From Rebecca billardiae RCC1528 (lineage: Eukaryota > Protista > Haptophyta): 64,000 bases of DNA. Location: NCBI GenBank assembly GCA_965240325.2, contig OZ251237.1:992001-1056000 (forward strand), written 5' to 3'. This document shows, in pieces, positions 1 to 11,153 of the stretch (its first letter is position 1; the number at the start of each line of letters is the position of its first letter). Made by a program: the position numbers and the translations under genes. The notes under the pieces were generated by a model. That model searched no databases, was not told the origin of the DNA, and saw only the letters and a program-made list of their open reading frames with translations.

Positions 1-3000
1 GAGCGACGCGGCGTTCTGCGCAAACTCGGTGACGAGCTCGGCGGCGCGCTCCTCGGTGAACTCGTCGGAGAAGGGGCCGTTGCGCAGGAAGTCGGAGCGG
101 AAGTTGGCGACCTGCGAGTTGAAGTCGTTGAGCGACTGCAGCAGGTCGTCGCGGAAGTCGCCCTTCGCCTTCTCCAGCCGGCGCTCCGCGTCGACGAGCG
201 CCTGCTTGTACGTCGCCCACTCGGCGCCGAGCGCCGCGAGCCGCGCGAGCTCCTCCTCCTTCACCGTCACCTCGCACTTCTCGAGCAGCTTGTACTGCGC
301 CTGCAGCGGCTCGAAGCGCGTCTCGTTCTTCTCGACGTCGCCCTGCTCCTGGTGCAGCACGTTGATCTGGTCCGCGAGCTGGTCGAGGTTGAGCGGCCGC
401 TTCTTGAACGTCGCGCTCACCTTGGCCATGTGCGAGTAGAGCGAGCTGAGCTCCGAGTTGGCGTTCGAGTTGAGCAGGTCGGTGAACTTGCCCTGCCACT
501 TGTGGCAGTGGCCGGTGAGCGCCTGCTTGAGCGGCGACGAGTCGATGCGGATGAAGCCCGAGTTGGTGATCCCCTCCTCCGACTGGATCTCGTTCTGCAG
601 CTCGCGGTACCGCTGGATGTCCGTCTCGAACGCCGTGAGCGAGCGGTTCGCCTTGGCGTACCGGCGCATGAACGCGTCCTTGTCGACGTCCCAGATGTGC
701 TTGTACCGGTCCCACGTGGTGAGGTACTTCTGCATCTTGGCCTGCACGCCGTTCATGCCGCCGATGATCTGGCCGACGATCTTGATGATGTCCTCGTCGC
801 CCGAGATCGCCTCGAAGAACGTGAGCTTGCGCTCGGCCTCGACGCCCTCGCCCGTGCGCATCCCCTCGGTCAGCCGCGGCACGACCGCGACCGTCGAGAT
901 CGCCTCGCGCGAGACGGTCTCGACGGTGTCCTTGAGGTTGGGGATGGTCGGCTTGAACTCGACGCGGTTGTTGTCCAGCACCGCGTTGATGCGGAACAGC
1001 GGCTGCACGTCCGTGCGCGCGTCGCCGTTGATCGCGCGCGCGAGCTCCTGCAGCGACTTTTTGACGGTCGTGCGCAGCGCCTCCTCGAGCATCTTGTCGA
1101 CCTTCTCGACGAAGCGGAGCCACTCGGCCTGCACGTCGTCGCCGTCGTAGCGGAAGGTCTCGAACGCGCGCATCATCGTCGAGCGCACCTCCTGCTGCGT
1201 GTCCTCCAGCGTCTGCCGCATCGCGTCCGCGTGCGCGCGCTGCTGCGTCTGGAATTCGACGTCGTCGTACACCTGCTTCTTGCGGATCGAGACGAGCACC
1301 ATCGCGGCGACCGCGCGGCACGCGCGCGTGATCTGGTCCTTCGCCGCCTTGAAGTCGACGACGAGGGAGCGCACGTCGGAGCAGTGCTTGCGGCACTCGC
1401 GGATGTAGTCGGTGATCCCGCGGCTCGCCCACTTCAGCTTGCCCAGCCCGGGCGTGATCTTCTTGTCGAGGAAGAGGATCCGCTCGTGGAAGAGCCGCCG
1501 CTCCTCACGCGAGAGCATCGACAGGATCGAGTTGTAGTCGCGCACGACGAGCATCACGTTCTCGCGCATGATGCGGAAGCGCTCGCGGTGCGTGGTGATC
1601 TCCATCGCGACGAACGGGATCTCGTACCGCAGCTTCTCCCAGTAGTGCACCTCGTTGAAGAGCCGGATCAGCACCTTGTCGAAGTTCTGCTCGAGCGCGC
1701 CGCCCGACTCGCGGTCGCCGCGCTTCACGAGCGCCGTGTCGAGGTGGTCGAGCAGCATCGCCTCGGCGCGGACCATGAGCGCCTTCTCGAGGTGCGCGGC
1801 GAGCCCCGCCTCGATCGTCTGCACCCAGTCGCCGTAGCACCGCCGGATGTACTCCTCGAGCGCCGACTCGAGCTGCGTGCACGTCGCGCGCGCGTCCTCC
1901 GCCTCGCGCGTCGACGGCAGCCGCTGCGCCTGCAGCTTGGCCGACTGCTGCTGGATGCGCACCAGCCGGCCCTTGGCCCACATGGCCGAGCCGGCGTAGC
2001 GCGGGTGCTCGCGGAACATGAGCGGCGGGTTCTTCTTGTGCGCGTCGAACTCGCGCTTCACCGCGTTCAGGTCGGCCGTGAAGAGCGCGTACATGTCGGC
2101 CGTCTTGCGCGCGACCGAGCGCTTGATCGCCTCGCGCGTCGCGATCGACGAGAACGCGTCGAGCAGCTCGACGCCGGCGAAGACGGTGGAGACGCCGTCG
2201 AACGCGGTGTTGATCACGTTCTGCATCATCACCTCGAGGTCCTTCATCCCGTTCTTGAACGCGTTGTAGTCGTCGTGCCACCGCGTCGCCTTCACGTCGA
2301 GGATCGAGTACTGGAGCGTGCGCAGCAGGTTCATCAGCTTCTCAAACGACGCCTGGATGTCGAGCAGCGACTTGGTCACCTCGGGCGCGCGCGCGCCGCC
2401 GAAGTCGGGGAGCGGGCGCTGCTGCCCGCCGGCCGACTTGCGCGCGAACTGGATCTGCCCCTCGCACACCTCGAGCAGGTCGCGGCAGCGCTGCACGAAC
2501 GCGTCGATCTGCGCGAAGATGGACGACTCGTCAAAGTCCCACGCGCGAGCGTCCGACGAGCGCTCCATCGCGAGCAGCGTCTGCTTGTACGCCTTGCGCC
2601 ACGACTCGCCGGCCTCGATGGACTCGTGCAGCGTGACGATCGAGGCCTGCACGTCGCCGTCGAAGATCTGCTCCAGCGAGATCTTCGCGCAGCACCGCAG
2701 GATGATCTCGGAGGAGACCTTGCGCAGCAGGCCGGTCAGCTTGTCCGGCGTGTTGTAGAAGCGCGACGTCGACCAGATCAGCCGGATGTAGTTGAGGATC
2801 TCGGGCAGGATGCTCGGGATCTGGCGCGGCTCGGCGACCTCGAGGCGCTCGCACGGCTCCTGCAGCCGCTCGAGGAAGCGCAGGTTGTCCACCGCCTCGT
2901 TCGTCCCCTCCTGGATCAGCTGCGACAGCTTGAGGAACGGCTCGAGGTACGCCGACTTGGCGAGCTCGAGCACGGACACGATCTGGTTCACGCCCGCGCG

Positions 3001-3849
3001 GCCGAGCTGCTCGGAGATGCCGCCGAGGTTGATGGTGCGCGAGCGCCAGAACGAGATCTCGGCGAGCGGCCCGACGTCCTCCTTGTTCTCGCCGTCGTCC
3101 TGCCGGTTCACCACGTCCTTGATCTGCCGCGTCCAGTGGATGAGCGTCGACTCGAGCCGCTGCACGAGGTCCTTGTCGCGCGACGCGACCTCGAGGTCGG
3201 ACAGGTCCTCGTCGGGGATGTAGAGCGTGGTCTTCCCCTTGGCCTCGAAGGTGGTCTCGGTGAGGCTCGCCATGAACTTGTGCAGCTGCCCCGAGAACTC
3301 CTTCTTCATGTTCTCCGGCCAGCTGTTGTCCGTGAGGAAGAGCGGCACGTACAGCGACGACATGATCTTCAGCAGCGACTCCATCGCGTCGCCGCGGAAG
3401 TAGTGGTAGTGCACGACCGCGCGCGTGACCTCGAGCGAGAGCGTCTGCGCCTGCTCGGGCGTGTCTGTCGGCTCCTCCTCCAGCCTCGGGCGGAAGAAGA
3501 ACATCATGTGCTCAGTCGCGTCGGCCGGCAGGCCGGTCACGAGCCGCAGCTCGCCGTCCTCAAGCGTCGCCGTCATCACGCGCGCGGCGGCGCCGCCGAG
3601 GAACTCGGCCACGGCGGACTCGCACTCGTCGGTCCACTGATCGGACTGCCCCCGCAGATCGAGCCCCGGCAGCGCGATCTGCCGCTTGATCCAGTCCACA
3701 GCCATCGGGTCTGGCTCGGGGATCGTCTCAGCAAACTGCGCAGCGTTCGGCAGCGCCCATGCCGCGAGGCTCCCGGACTCGGAGCCGTCCCACTGCTGGC
3801 TCTGGCGCGTCGTGCTGCGCGCCGGCGACGGCGGCACTATGTTGCTCAT
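1..3849 (-). CDS. DNAH2: Axonemal dynein heavy chain, DNAH2/1-beta (inner arm I1/f) type; N-terminal tail region, runs off the left edge
   Basis: The minus frame reads from ATG 3849 (MSNIVPPS...) and the same frame holds at position 1 (..FRSDFLRNGPFSDEF..). It is absent from the ORF track because there is no stop in the window. Motifs SWPENMKKEFSGQLHKFMASLTETTFEAKGKTTLYIP and KDLVQRLESTLIHWTRQIKDVV match the DHC N-terminal region of DNAH2-type dyneins. Confidence 0.9.
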   Translation of the reverse strand, partial: MSNIVPPSPARSTTRQSQQWDGSESGSLAAWALPNAAQFAETIPEPDPMAVDWIKRQIALPGLDLRGQSDQWTDECESAVAEFLGGAAARVMTATLEDGELRLVTGLPADATEHMMFFFRPRLEEEPTDTPEQAQTLSLEVTRAVVHYHYFRGDAMESLLKIMSSLYVPLFLTDNSWPENMKKEFSGQLHKFMASLTETTFEAKGKTTLYIPDEDLSDLEVASRDKDLVQRLESTLIHWTRQIKDVVNRQDDGENKEDVGPLAEISFWRSRTINLGGISEQLGRAGVNQIVSVLELAKSAYLEPFLKLSQLIQEGTNEAVDNLRFLERLQEPCERLEVAEPRQIPSILPEILNYIRLIWSTSRFYNTPDKLTGLLRKVSSEIILRCCAKISLEQIFDGDVQASIVTLHESIEAGESWRKAYKQTLLAMERSSDARAWDFDESSIFAQIDAFVQRCRDLLEVCEGQIQFARKSAGGQQRPLPDFGGARAPEVTKSLLDIQASFEKLMNLLRTLQYSILDVKATRWHDDYNAFKNGMKDLEVMMQNVINTAFDGVSTVFAGVELLDAFSSIATREAIKRSVARKTADMYALFTADLNAVKREFDAHKKNPPLMFREHPRYAGSAMWAKGRLVRIQQQSAKLQAQRLPSTREAEDARATCTQLESALEEYIRRCYGDWVQTIEAGLAAHLEKALMVRAEAMLLDHLDTALVKRGDRESGGALEQNFDKVLIRLFNEVHYWEKLRYEIPFVAMEITTHRERFRIMRENVMLVVRDYNSILSMLSREERRLFHERILFLDKKITPGLGKLKWASRGITDYIRECRKHCSDVRSLVVDFKAAKDQITRACRAVAAMVLVSIRKKQVYDDVEFQTQQRAHADAMRQTLEDTQQEVRSTMMRAFETFRYDGDDVQAEWLRFVEKVDKMLEEALRTTVKKSLQELARAINGDARTDVQPLFRINAVLDNNRVEFKPTIPNLKDTVETVSREAISTVAVVPRLTEGMRTGEGVEAERKLTFFEAISGDEDIIKIVGQIIGGMNGVQAKMQKYLTTWDRYKHIWDVDKDAFMRRYAKANRSLTAFETDIQRYRELQNEIQSEEGITNSGFIRIDSSPLKQALTGHCHKWQGKFTDLLNSNANSELSSLYSHMAKVSATFKKRPLNLDQLADQINVLHQEQGDVEKNETRFEPLQAQYKLLEKCEVTVKEEELARLAALGAEWATYKQALVDAERRLEKAKGDFRDDLLQSLNDFNSQVANFRSDFLRNGPFSDEFTEERAAELVTEFAQNAASL

Positions 3850-4205
3850 GCCGCCCTCCGGCTCGCTCCGGCTCGCTCCGCTGCGCGGCGAGCGGGCGCG
3901 TCGCGCGGGAGGGCCGCCGTTGCAGGCTCCACCTGCTGCTGTTGATCGAGAGCTCCGAAAACGGCGATGGTGGCGGCCAACCCCATTCAAGTCAGCAACG
4001 ATGGCTGCCGCAAGCCGCCATTGTTTGCATCCAAAAATCGTCAGCCGAAATCTCGACGCATTTCAGACTGGAGATCCGGCCGCGGAACGGCGGAAGCTTG
4101 GCTTGCGCGAACTTGCGAAGTGCGAGGACGTGGTCGTCACACGATTGCTGAGCCGGAGCGTCCACGCGCTCGTCCGCGGGAGTTGCAGGCACTCGACGAG
4201 CAGAG

Positions 4206-5716
4206 ATGGAGGCATCTGGCGGCGTTCTGAAGCGCGTGTTGGCATCGGCACCGCGGCTTGGCGCGGCTGACACGCGCATGCTCGTGCTCAGCGGCTTTGC
4301 GCTCGTCGGCGCGCTCGCGCTCGTGGTGCGGCCGAGCCTCTTCGGCTCAGGCAGCGCGTTGTCCCCCGACGCGAGCCGCTCGAGGAAGAAGCGCGGGAAG
4401 GGGCGGCGGAAGCAGGACAAGATCGGCGACCTCGAGGTCGCGCCGCATCTCGAGCGCAGCGCGCAGACCGACTACTTTGAGGTGCGGCGCAACGCGAGCA
4501 CGATGACGGCTGAGACGATCGAATGGTTCCGCAAGCGCGTGCCTGTGCTCCTCTCGCCCGCGCAAGCGGCACCCGCGGCCGCGGTCGACGGCAAGGAGAC
4601 GTCGCCGTCGCCCATCGTCGGCAGCGACGACGAGCAGGCCGCCGACTCCGACAGCCACCCGTCTGCGCAGCCGGCCGCCGACTCGGTCAGCGTGCTGAGC
4701 GTGGGGTGCGGCGACGGCGCGATCGACATCGAGGTGCTCAAGCTGATCGCCGCGCAGCCGGGCGTGACGAAGGTACGTCGGCCCGCCGCGCCCGTGCAAC
4801 GCGCCTCGCCCACACGGGCGCCCACCCCCAGCGCTCGCCGTCGCGCCGCACGCTCACGGTCAGTGCCTGCGCGCCCTGGCCCGAACAACCGCTGCGCGCC
4901 CGCACGCCGCCCCGCCACGCGCAGGTGCACTACGTCGGCATCGAGCCGTCGGCATCCGCCGCGGCGGCGTTCCGCGCGCGCCTCGACGCCGCGCGCCAGT
5001 CGAAGGAGCTGGGCGCCGACGTCGTCGCCTTCGTCCTCGACTCGGAGCTGGACGACCGGCCGCGCACCGCGAGCAAGGGCGACGGCGCCGTGCGCGGCTT
5101 CCAGAGCAAGCACCAGTTTGACCTCGTGCTGATGGTGCACGTGGCGCACTGCTTCCGGCAGCCGTACGGCGCGATCCAGCGCGCGATGATGCAGACCAAG
5201 CCCGGCGGGTGCGCGCGCGCGTCGCCGCCCAGCCACAGCGCGCCGCGCGGCGGCGCGCGCGCGTGCGTGCCTGTGCGCCCACACGCGCTCATGCGCGCGC
5301 GCGCTGGCCACGCCGCCCGCGACCTGCCGCGCAGCCGGGTGGTGGTCGTGCAGCCCAAGGCGAATGGGATCACGCAGATCACGCAGGAGCTCACGCGCGA
5401 CACGCGGGGCTCGGAGCAGACCGTCTTCAACGCCGACGACCTCAAGAAGATGCTGCAGCAGCACAACAAGTACACCTTTGACACGCACAGCTTCGAGTCG
5501 CAGCTCGACGTGACGCAATGCCTCAACCGCACCGCGACGGGCATGAAGATCATGTCGGACTGCATGCAGCGTGACTTGCGCAAGCTGAAGGAGGGGAAGG
5601 TGATGCGCATCCTCAAGTCGTTCTGGCGCCTCGCGTACGTCGATCCCGAGACAGGCAGCGCATACATCGCGGAGCCCGCGGCTGTGTTTGTGATCGACAA
5701 GCCGCTCAAGAAGTAG
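4206..5716 (+). CDS. Class I SAM methyltransferase, histamine N-methyltransferase-like, with N-terminal membrane anchor; 3 exons
   Basis: GT-AG introns 4773-4924 and 5209-5334 join the ORFs. Motif I VLSVGCGDGAIDIEVL, then YVGIEPS, FDLVLMVH and KPGGRVVVV. Hydrophobic segment MLVLSGFALVGALALVV. Confidence 0.75.
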
Positions 5717-6054
5717 CACAAGGCGTGAGGCCAGCCCCCCCCAGCGCCCGAATGACGCGCTCACGCAGCGCCGGTGTGGCGCTTCGCCCGGGCCGTAGTA
5801 GAGCTCGGCATTCCTAAGTTATTGTCACCGTCAGGCCAGAGCTTTCAGCTTGCAGGGCGGTCGACGGCTGCCATCGTTCATTCTGGGCGGCACGTTTGAG
5901 AAATGAGGCCGCCGCCGCCGCCGCGGCGATTCCTTCACAACCTTGTATGACCAGTTCTTCACGGCTGCCCAGCAGGCGCAGAAGGGGCGCACGGCTGAGC
6001 GCGAGGGGCGGCGCTCCGCCCCAACTTGCTAGTCGGGACGGGGCCACGAGCGGG

Positions 6055-7687
6055 ATGTCGGCCGTCTTGGCCGTCTCAGAGACGCTTGGCGTGATCAACT
6101 TCATCCAGGTCGTCGTCGGCGTCCTGAACCTGCTGTTCCTCGCCCTGGCTGCGGCGTACGTTGCTCACCAGTACCGGGCATCGCAGGCGGCGGAGGAGCG
6201 CACGGGCACGACTGCGTACCTGCGGCTCGCGCTCGTGCTCGCAGGGTTCGTCTGGGTGTGCGCCGTGCTCGTCGGCGACGACGCTCTGTGGCACGTCATC
6301 CTCCGGCTGCGTGGCGTCGAGGAGCCAGAGAGCGAATCGATGCGCGATCGGAATAATTCGATCTGCCTGGCGCAAAAGACAATCATGCTCGGCCTCGCCG
6401 AGCCGGCGTTCCTTATGCTGATCGCGCAGCTGGTTAGTGTCGGCGAAAGGTGAGCCCACGCGGACCGGCCCACGCGCCGTGTGTGTGTCGCGCGCGCGTG
6501 TGCGCCGCCGTTGCTCACGCGGCACGCCCCACCCTGGCCGCCGTCCCGACCGCGACGACAGTACGAGCAGCAGTAGCAGTGGGCCTCTCCGGAGCAGCTC
6601 CGCAAGCGGGGCGGGGGCGGACGGCAGGGCGGTGCCGCGCGCGGGGCCCATGGCGCTGTGCTCGCACCCCGTCGTCAAGGCCATCGCCCGGCCGCTCGCG
6701 CTGCTGCTGGTGCTGCAGGCGACACTAGTGTTCACCGAGCGATGGCTGCCCGTGGGCGTCATCTTCGTCGCCACCTCCGAGGTGCCCTCGCGCGTGTGTA
6801 TCGTGCCGACAGCCAACCTGATCGTGAGCACGGGCTTCGCCGGCGGCTTCATCGTGTACTTCAACCTGTTCTGCGTGCGGCTCTCGCGCGTGCTCATCAG
6901 CCGACAGATCAAGGGGCGGCTCTGGAGCCTGCAGATGTGGCACACCGCGTCGCTGCCGCTGATCCTCGCACTCAGACTGCTGCTCATCGTCGGCTTCGGC
7001 TTCGCCACGCGCGCCGCCAAGCAGAACGCCGAGTCGTTCCTCTCGGGCCTGCTGCTCTCGCGCTTCCTCGTCGACCTGGAGTACTTTGTCATCTTATTCA
7101 GCGTGCTGCTGAGCGTGCACACGCTCGTGTGGCGGCCGGTGCGCGAGGTGCACACGCTGCGCCGCCTCGCGCCCTCGATGCGCATCCTCAAGGTCGAGGC
7201 TGCCGTGCCGAGCGGCGCGACGATCGGGCTCGACGACATCAGCTGCGACGCGACGCGCATGTCGGTCGGGCCGATCATCAGCAGGCGCGCCGAGCACCCG
7301 CGAGCTCGTCGCAAGCTCGTAGCGTCGATCCTCAGCCGTCGGCCGCCGGCCTCGGCCGCGCGCTCCCCACATCTGCAGCTGAGCGGGCCGCCCGCGGCGG
7401 AGCGGCTCGAATGCAGAGGCGCTGGCGGCACGTCCGCCGCGCCGGACAGCCCGCGCGCTCTCGAGGGCGATGGCGCACCCGGCGCAGCAACACCGGCGGC
7501 GGGGACAGGCAGAAGCCCTGCAAGGGTCGGCGGTGCCGGTGCGGGTGCGGCGAGGAGCCCACCCGTGCCGTCCGCAGGGCTGCGCGTTGCTGTCCCCCGT
7601 GAGCTTCCGGCCGCTATGGCCGCGCAGATTGTCGCAGGCTCGCCATCAAAGGACTTCTCGCCGAAAATGACGAAGAAGACGTCCTGA
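6055..7687 (+). CDS. Seven-transmembrane (GPCR-like) protein with low-complexity C-tail; 2 exons
   Basis: ATG 6055; intron 6450-6561 (GT..AG) joins ORFs 5896 and 6437 in frame. About 7 hydrophobic helices. Confidence 0.65.
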
Positions 7688-7965
7688 TAGACGACGACGA
7701 GGCCTGGGGGTGCAGGCCTGCCAGACGTCAGCCGTCACTCACGAGTCACGCCGACCGCTGATAGTGCGGAGGGGCTTGAGCGGAACATTGACTCGGCGGA
7801 TTGAGGCTGAGCCGCGCGGCCCGGCGGACGCGCCGCGCGGGCGGCGGGACGCCGGGGCGGAAGACCGGCTGCCCGGCTGGCCAGGCCGTGCGGAGTTTAT
7901 AGGAGTACGTATACGTTACGACGACTATTTATTAGTCGTTATCGATCGTGTTTAACCCTACACTT

Positions 7966-8050
7966 ATAATTATATATATATATATTGCGTATTTTAATAA
8001 ATAACACGAATTAATATATATATATATATATTATATATAAATAAATAATC
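7966..8050. repeat. AT-rich/(TA)n tract between convergent genes
   Basis: Two (TA)n runs in AT-rich sequence. Confidence 0.8.
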
Positions 8051-8364
8051 GAATGATGATTGTCTGATAATATAGGTCCGGTTCGGACAGACGACGAGTG
8101 CGCGCAGACCGGAATACACATGTGCACTGTGTACTGTAGTAACGTGGCGTGCCGAGCATCACTGATGACGAATCCGATGATACTATACCGCATCAGTGAT
8201 GATCCGCGTCCGCACGGGCGCACGGCCACGGCCATCGCGGATCCGCCGGCTGCTCGCTTCAGACGGTCTCCACGCGCGCCGGACTCAGGATGTTGCGACT
8301 GTCCGAAGTCCACACCCCGGCGGTCGAGCAGGGCTGCGCGACGGATCCCCATTTGGAGATGTCG

Positions 8365-8954
8365 TCACTGCACGGCGCAAAACTTGCTCGGCTTCTTCTC
8401 GGCCACCCTCGTCTCCGCGTTGCCGCCAGGTGTTTGCTTTGCTTTTTCCAGCGCCTCGTCGAGCTGCTGCTTGGCCTCCTGGAGCTCGCGCTGCAATCTT
8501 TTCATGTCCGCCTCGTGCTTAGCAGTGAGCTCGCCTAACCTCGCCGCAGCATCAGCCTCCTGCTTTCGCAGGGCGGCCTCGGCAGCGGCCTCTTGCTGCT
8601 TTAGCGCAGCGACGTTGGGCTCAGCTGGCGGTGGGGTGCCGCCGCCCTTCGCCGGTGCTGCTTTCGGCTCCGGCGCAGGCGATTGCCGATCGCCCGATGT
8701 GGGGCCCGCATTGGGTGGCGGCTGAGCCTTAGGCTCACCGCCTCGTGAGCGCACGTGCTCTGCGTAGGCTGCGTAGATCAGACTCGACGCGCGTGAGAGC
8801 GACCATTCAACATCGGCGCCCTGCCGTGCGGCGTACGATGGCGCGGGCAGTGGGGCCGGGCGACGTGGCGGGGGTAAAGGGTGGGCACGCAGTGCACGTG
8901 TGGAAGGCGGGAAGGGCGCGCGCACACCTCCTGGGAGGCGCCCACCACGGCCAT
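8365..8954 (-). CDS. Small Pro-rich/coiled-coil protein ending in a CaaX prenylation box; 2 exons
   Basis: ATG 8954 MAVVGASQE, intron 8927-8821 (GT..CAG), then GADVEWSL..., a coiled coil LKQQEAAAEAALRKQE..., and KKPSKFCAVQ*. Confidence 0.6.
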
Positions 8955-9236
8955 CGCCGCCGCCTCGTTGGCCGCCTGTTACTCCAGGTGGCGCAGCGGA
9001 TCGGGACGAAATCGACGATGGAGCTGAAAACCCCCGGAGCCGGGACCCCAGAGACCAGAGTCCGGGAGCTCAAAACGCCGCGCGCACAAGATGATGCCAA
9101 GATTCAACGCAGCCGCTGTTCGTTCGACAGCAAATGCGAGCCACCTTTTCATGGCGAGCCCCTGATCACTGAGCAACTAGAGGATCTAGAGGGGCTCTCG
9201 TTCACCGGCAGCGCGCGCCGAGCGCCCGCCGGTGAG

Positions 9237-10160
9237 ATGACGACGTGCTGCTTCGCTTTCCGATGGACCTCCCGCCGCGAGCTGCGTCAGGTCACCAACA
9301 AGCACTCGTCCGCGGCCGCAGACCCGTTGCACGGAAAGGCGCACGGTCCGATCGACAAGGTGCGCGCGCTGCCTGGGAACACGCAGTGCGCGGACTGCGG
9401 GCGGCCATCTCCCGACTGGGCGGCCGTGAACCACGGCGTGGTGATCTGCATCCGCTGCGCCGGCGTCCACCGAAAGATGGGCTCGCACGTCTCGACGGTG
9501 CTCTCGCTCACGCTCGACACGTGGGACGCTAAGCAGATGTCCGCGATGCACGCCAAGCGCGGCAACACCGCGGTGAACCAGGAGCTCGAGGCGCGGCTGC
9601 CGCCGGGCTTCTCGAAAGACGTGCTGCGCGGCGACAACGTCGGCGCGCTCGAGAACTTCGTGCGCAGTAAGTACGAGTTTGGCGCGTTCCGCGCCGACGG
9701 CGACGGCAAGCTGGTCGCGCAGTCGGGCGCGCCCACCAGCACGAGCAAGGTGGCGATGGTGGAGTACGTCGGCGTGCTGTTCATCGTGGTGAAGGAGGCG
9801 CGCAACCTGCCCGCCGCGTACTACGACGGCAAGTTCCACGTCGCCTTCGCGACCGACGGGCAGCGGCGCAACACAAAGGGCGCGCGGACAGGCGCGAGGG
9901 GCGTGTACAGCTGGGAGGGCGAGCGGATCGACCTGAACGCCAAGAGCACGTCGAGCGTGGTCACGGTGCAGCTCTTCCAGCGCGACATGCTTATGCGCGA
10001 GGTGGTCCGGGCGATCGGTAGCGTGCAGGTCACGCAGGCGATGGAGAGCACGCAGCGGCAGACCATCAGCCTGGTGGACACGGCGACCGTCGCCACGACC
10101 TCGCCGCCGGAGCACACGGGAGAGCTCGTCGTCGACATGACGTTCACCCTGCTTGTCTAG
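9237..10160 (+). CDS. ArfGAP domain + C2 domain protein (plant AGD11-13/ZAC-like architecture)
   Basis: ArfGAP zinc finger NTQCADCG..PDWA..NHGVVICIRCAGVHRKMGSHVS; FVRSKYE; C2 start MVEYVGVLFIVVKEARNL. The start codon could be further upstream (9018). Confidence 0.85.
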   Translation: MTTCCFAFRWTSRRELRQVTNKHSSAAADPLHGKAHGPIDKVRALPGNTQCADCGRPSPDWAAVNHGVVICIRCAGVHRKMGSHVSTVLSLTLDTWDAKQMSAMHAKRGNTAVNQELEARLPPGFSKDVLRGDNVGALENFVRSKYEFGAFRADGDGKLVAQSGAPTSTSKVAMVEYVGVLFIVVKEARNLPAAYYDGKFHVAFATDGQRRNTKGARTGARGVYSWEGERIDLNAKSTSSVVTVQLFQRDMLMREVVRAIGSVQVTQAMESTQRQTISLVDTATVATTSPPEHTGELVVDMTFTLLV

Positions 10161-10715
10161 CGCGCTGCTCGTTGGAGGCGACGGCGCGGCGCGCGGTGCT
10201 CCTGCCGCGAAGAGGCTCGCTCCGTGGGCTCGGTGCTCGCGCGTGGAACACGACGGCGGCGCAGCCCAGCAGGTCGGCTCGTGCGTACCCGCTGGCAGCA
10301 GGCGCAACCGATTTAATTTTAGGCAGTCGTCACCACTGCACTCTGCAGCAGCAGCGGCGCGACTGACTCCCTGGTCATGCTGATTCAGACTGATTAACAC
10401 CGTGCGCACAGCGGCGGCTCGCGCGGCGACGGACACTGGACAGCGCGATCGGCTGACCATGCAGCATGCTTCGTCTGTACTCTATGACTGGTCAGCCGCG
10501 GCTGGCATTAGCCGCGGGCATTCGGTAGGGCGGTGTCTGCAGTGAGTGTGTTGCCGCCTGTAGAGTCGTAGCTGAGTGAGTTCGATCGCAACCAACTTGT
10601 TTCGCGCGCCGGAATCAGAATTCGGTTGGCCGCCAAAATAGCATCGACCGACTTCGATTCGCTGTGCAGGCACACCCGGCGGACGTAAGGCTCGTGCGCA
10701 CGGCGGAAAACAACG

Positions 10716-11153
10716 ATGGCCGTAATGAACGCGCTTGCCATTTGCAGCTTGCTGGCGTGGACTGCCCCGCGCACTGCCTTGAGGCGTCAGCCGGCTCATG
10801 TATGCCGCATCGCGTCCTCGTCTGAGGATACGTACACGGGCTCGCCGCTCATTCTCACTTATGAAAACGTCGAGAAGGTGGTCGCAGACGCGCAGGCCGA
10901 CCTTGGCACAATCTTCGGCTCATCGCAGGAGAACTTGGACATAGGCATCACCGGGGGGCTGGAGCTGATCGATCTCGAAGGACCTGTGATCATCCTTCGC
11001 CTAAAGGGTACGTTCTGGCACACAACCGACCGGGTGCAGGCGCGTGTGGAGAACTATGTCCGGCAGCGCATCCCAGAGTGCGTGGAGGTGGAGTTTGAGC
11101 CCCAGGTCGAGTTCGATGACGACGGCAAGGGGAAAGGGCCGACGTTTGCCTAG
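10716..11153 (+). CDS. NifU C-terminal-like domain protein, probably plastid-targeted, lacking CxxC
   Basis: Signal peptide plus Arg/Ser-rich transit-like stretch. LTYENVEKV..GGLELIDLEGPVIILRLKG..VENYVRQRIPE fits the NFU fold pattern. Confidence 0.65.
   Translation: MAVMNALAICSLLAWTAPRTALRRQPAHVCRIASSSEDTYTGSPLILTYENVEKVVADAQADLGTIFGSSQENLDIGITGGLELIDLEGPVIILRLKGTFWHTTDRVQARVENYVRQRIPECVEVEFEPQVEFDDDGKGKGPTFA

Noticed and set aside
352-3945. 1197-aa plus-strand ORF
   Set aside because: Antisense shadow of the dynein gene caused by GC-rich codon bias; R/L/V/A-rich with no motifs.
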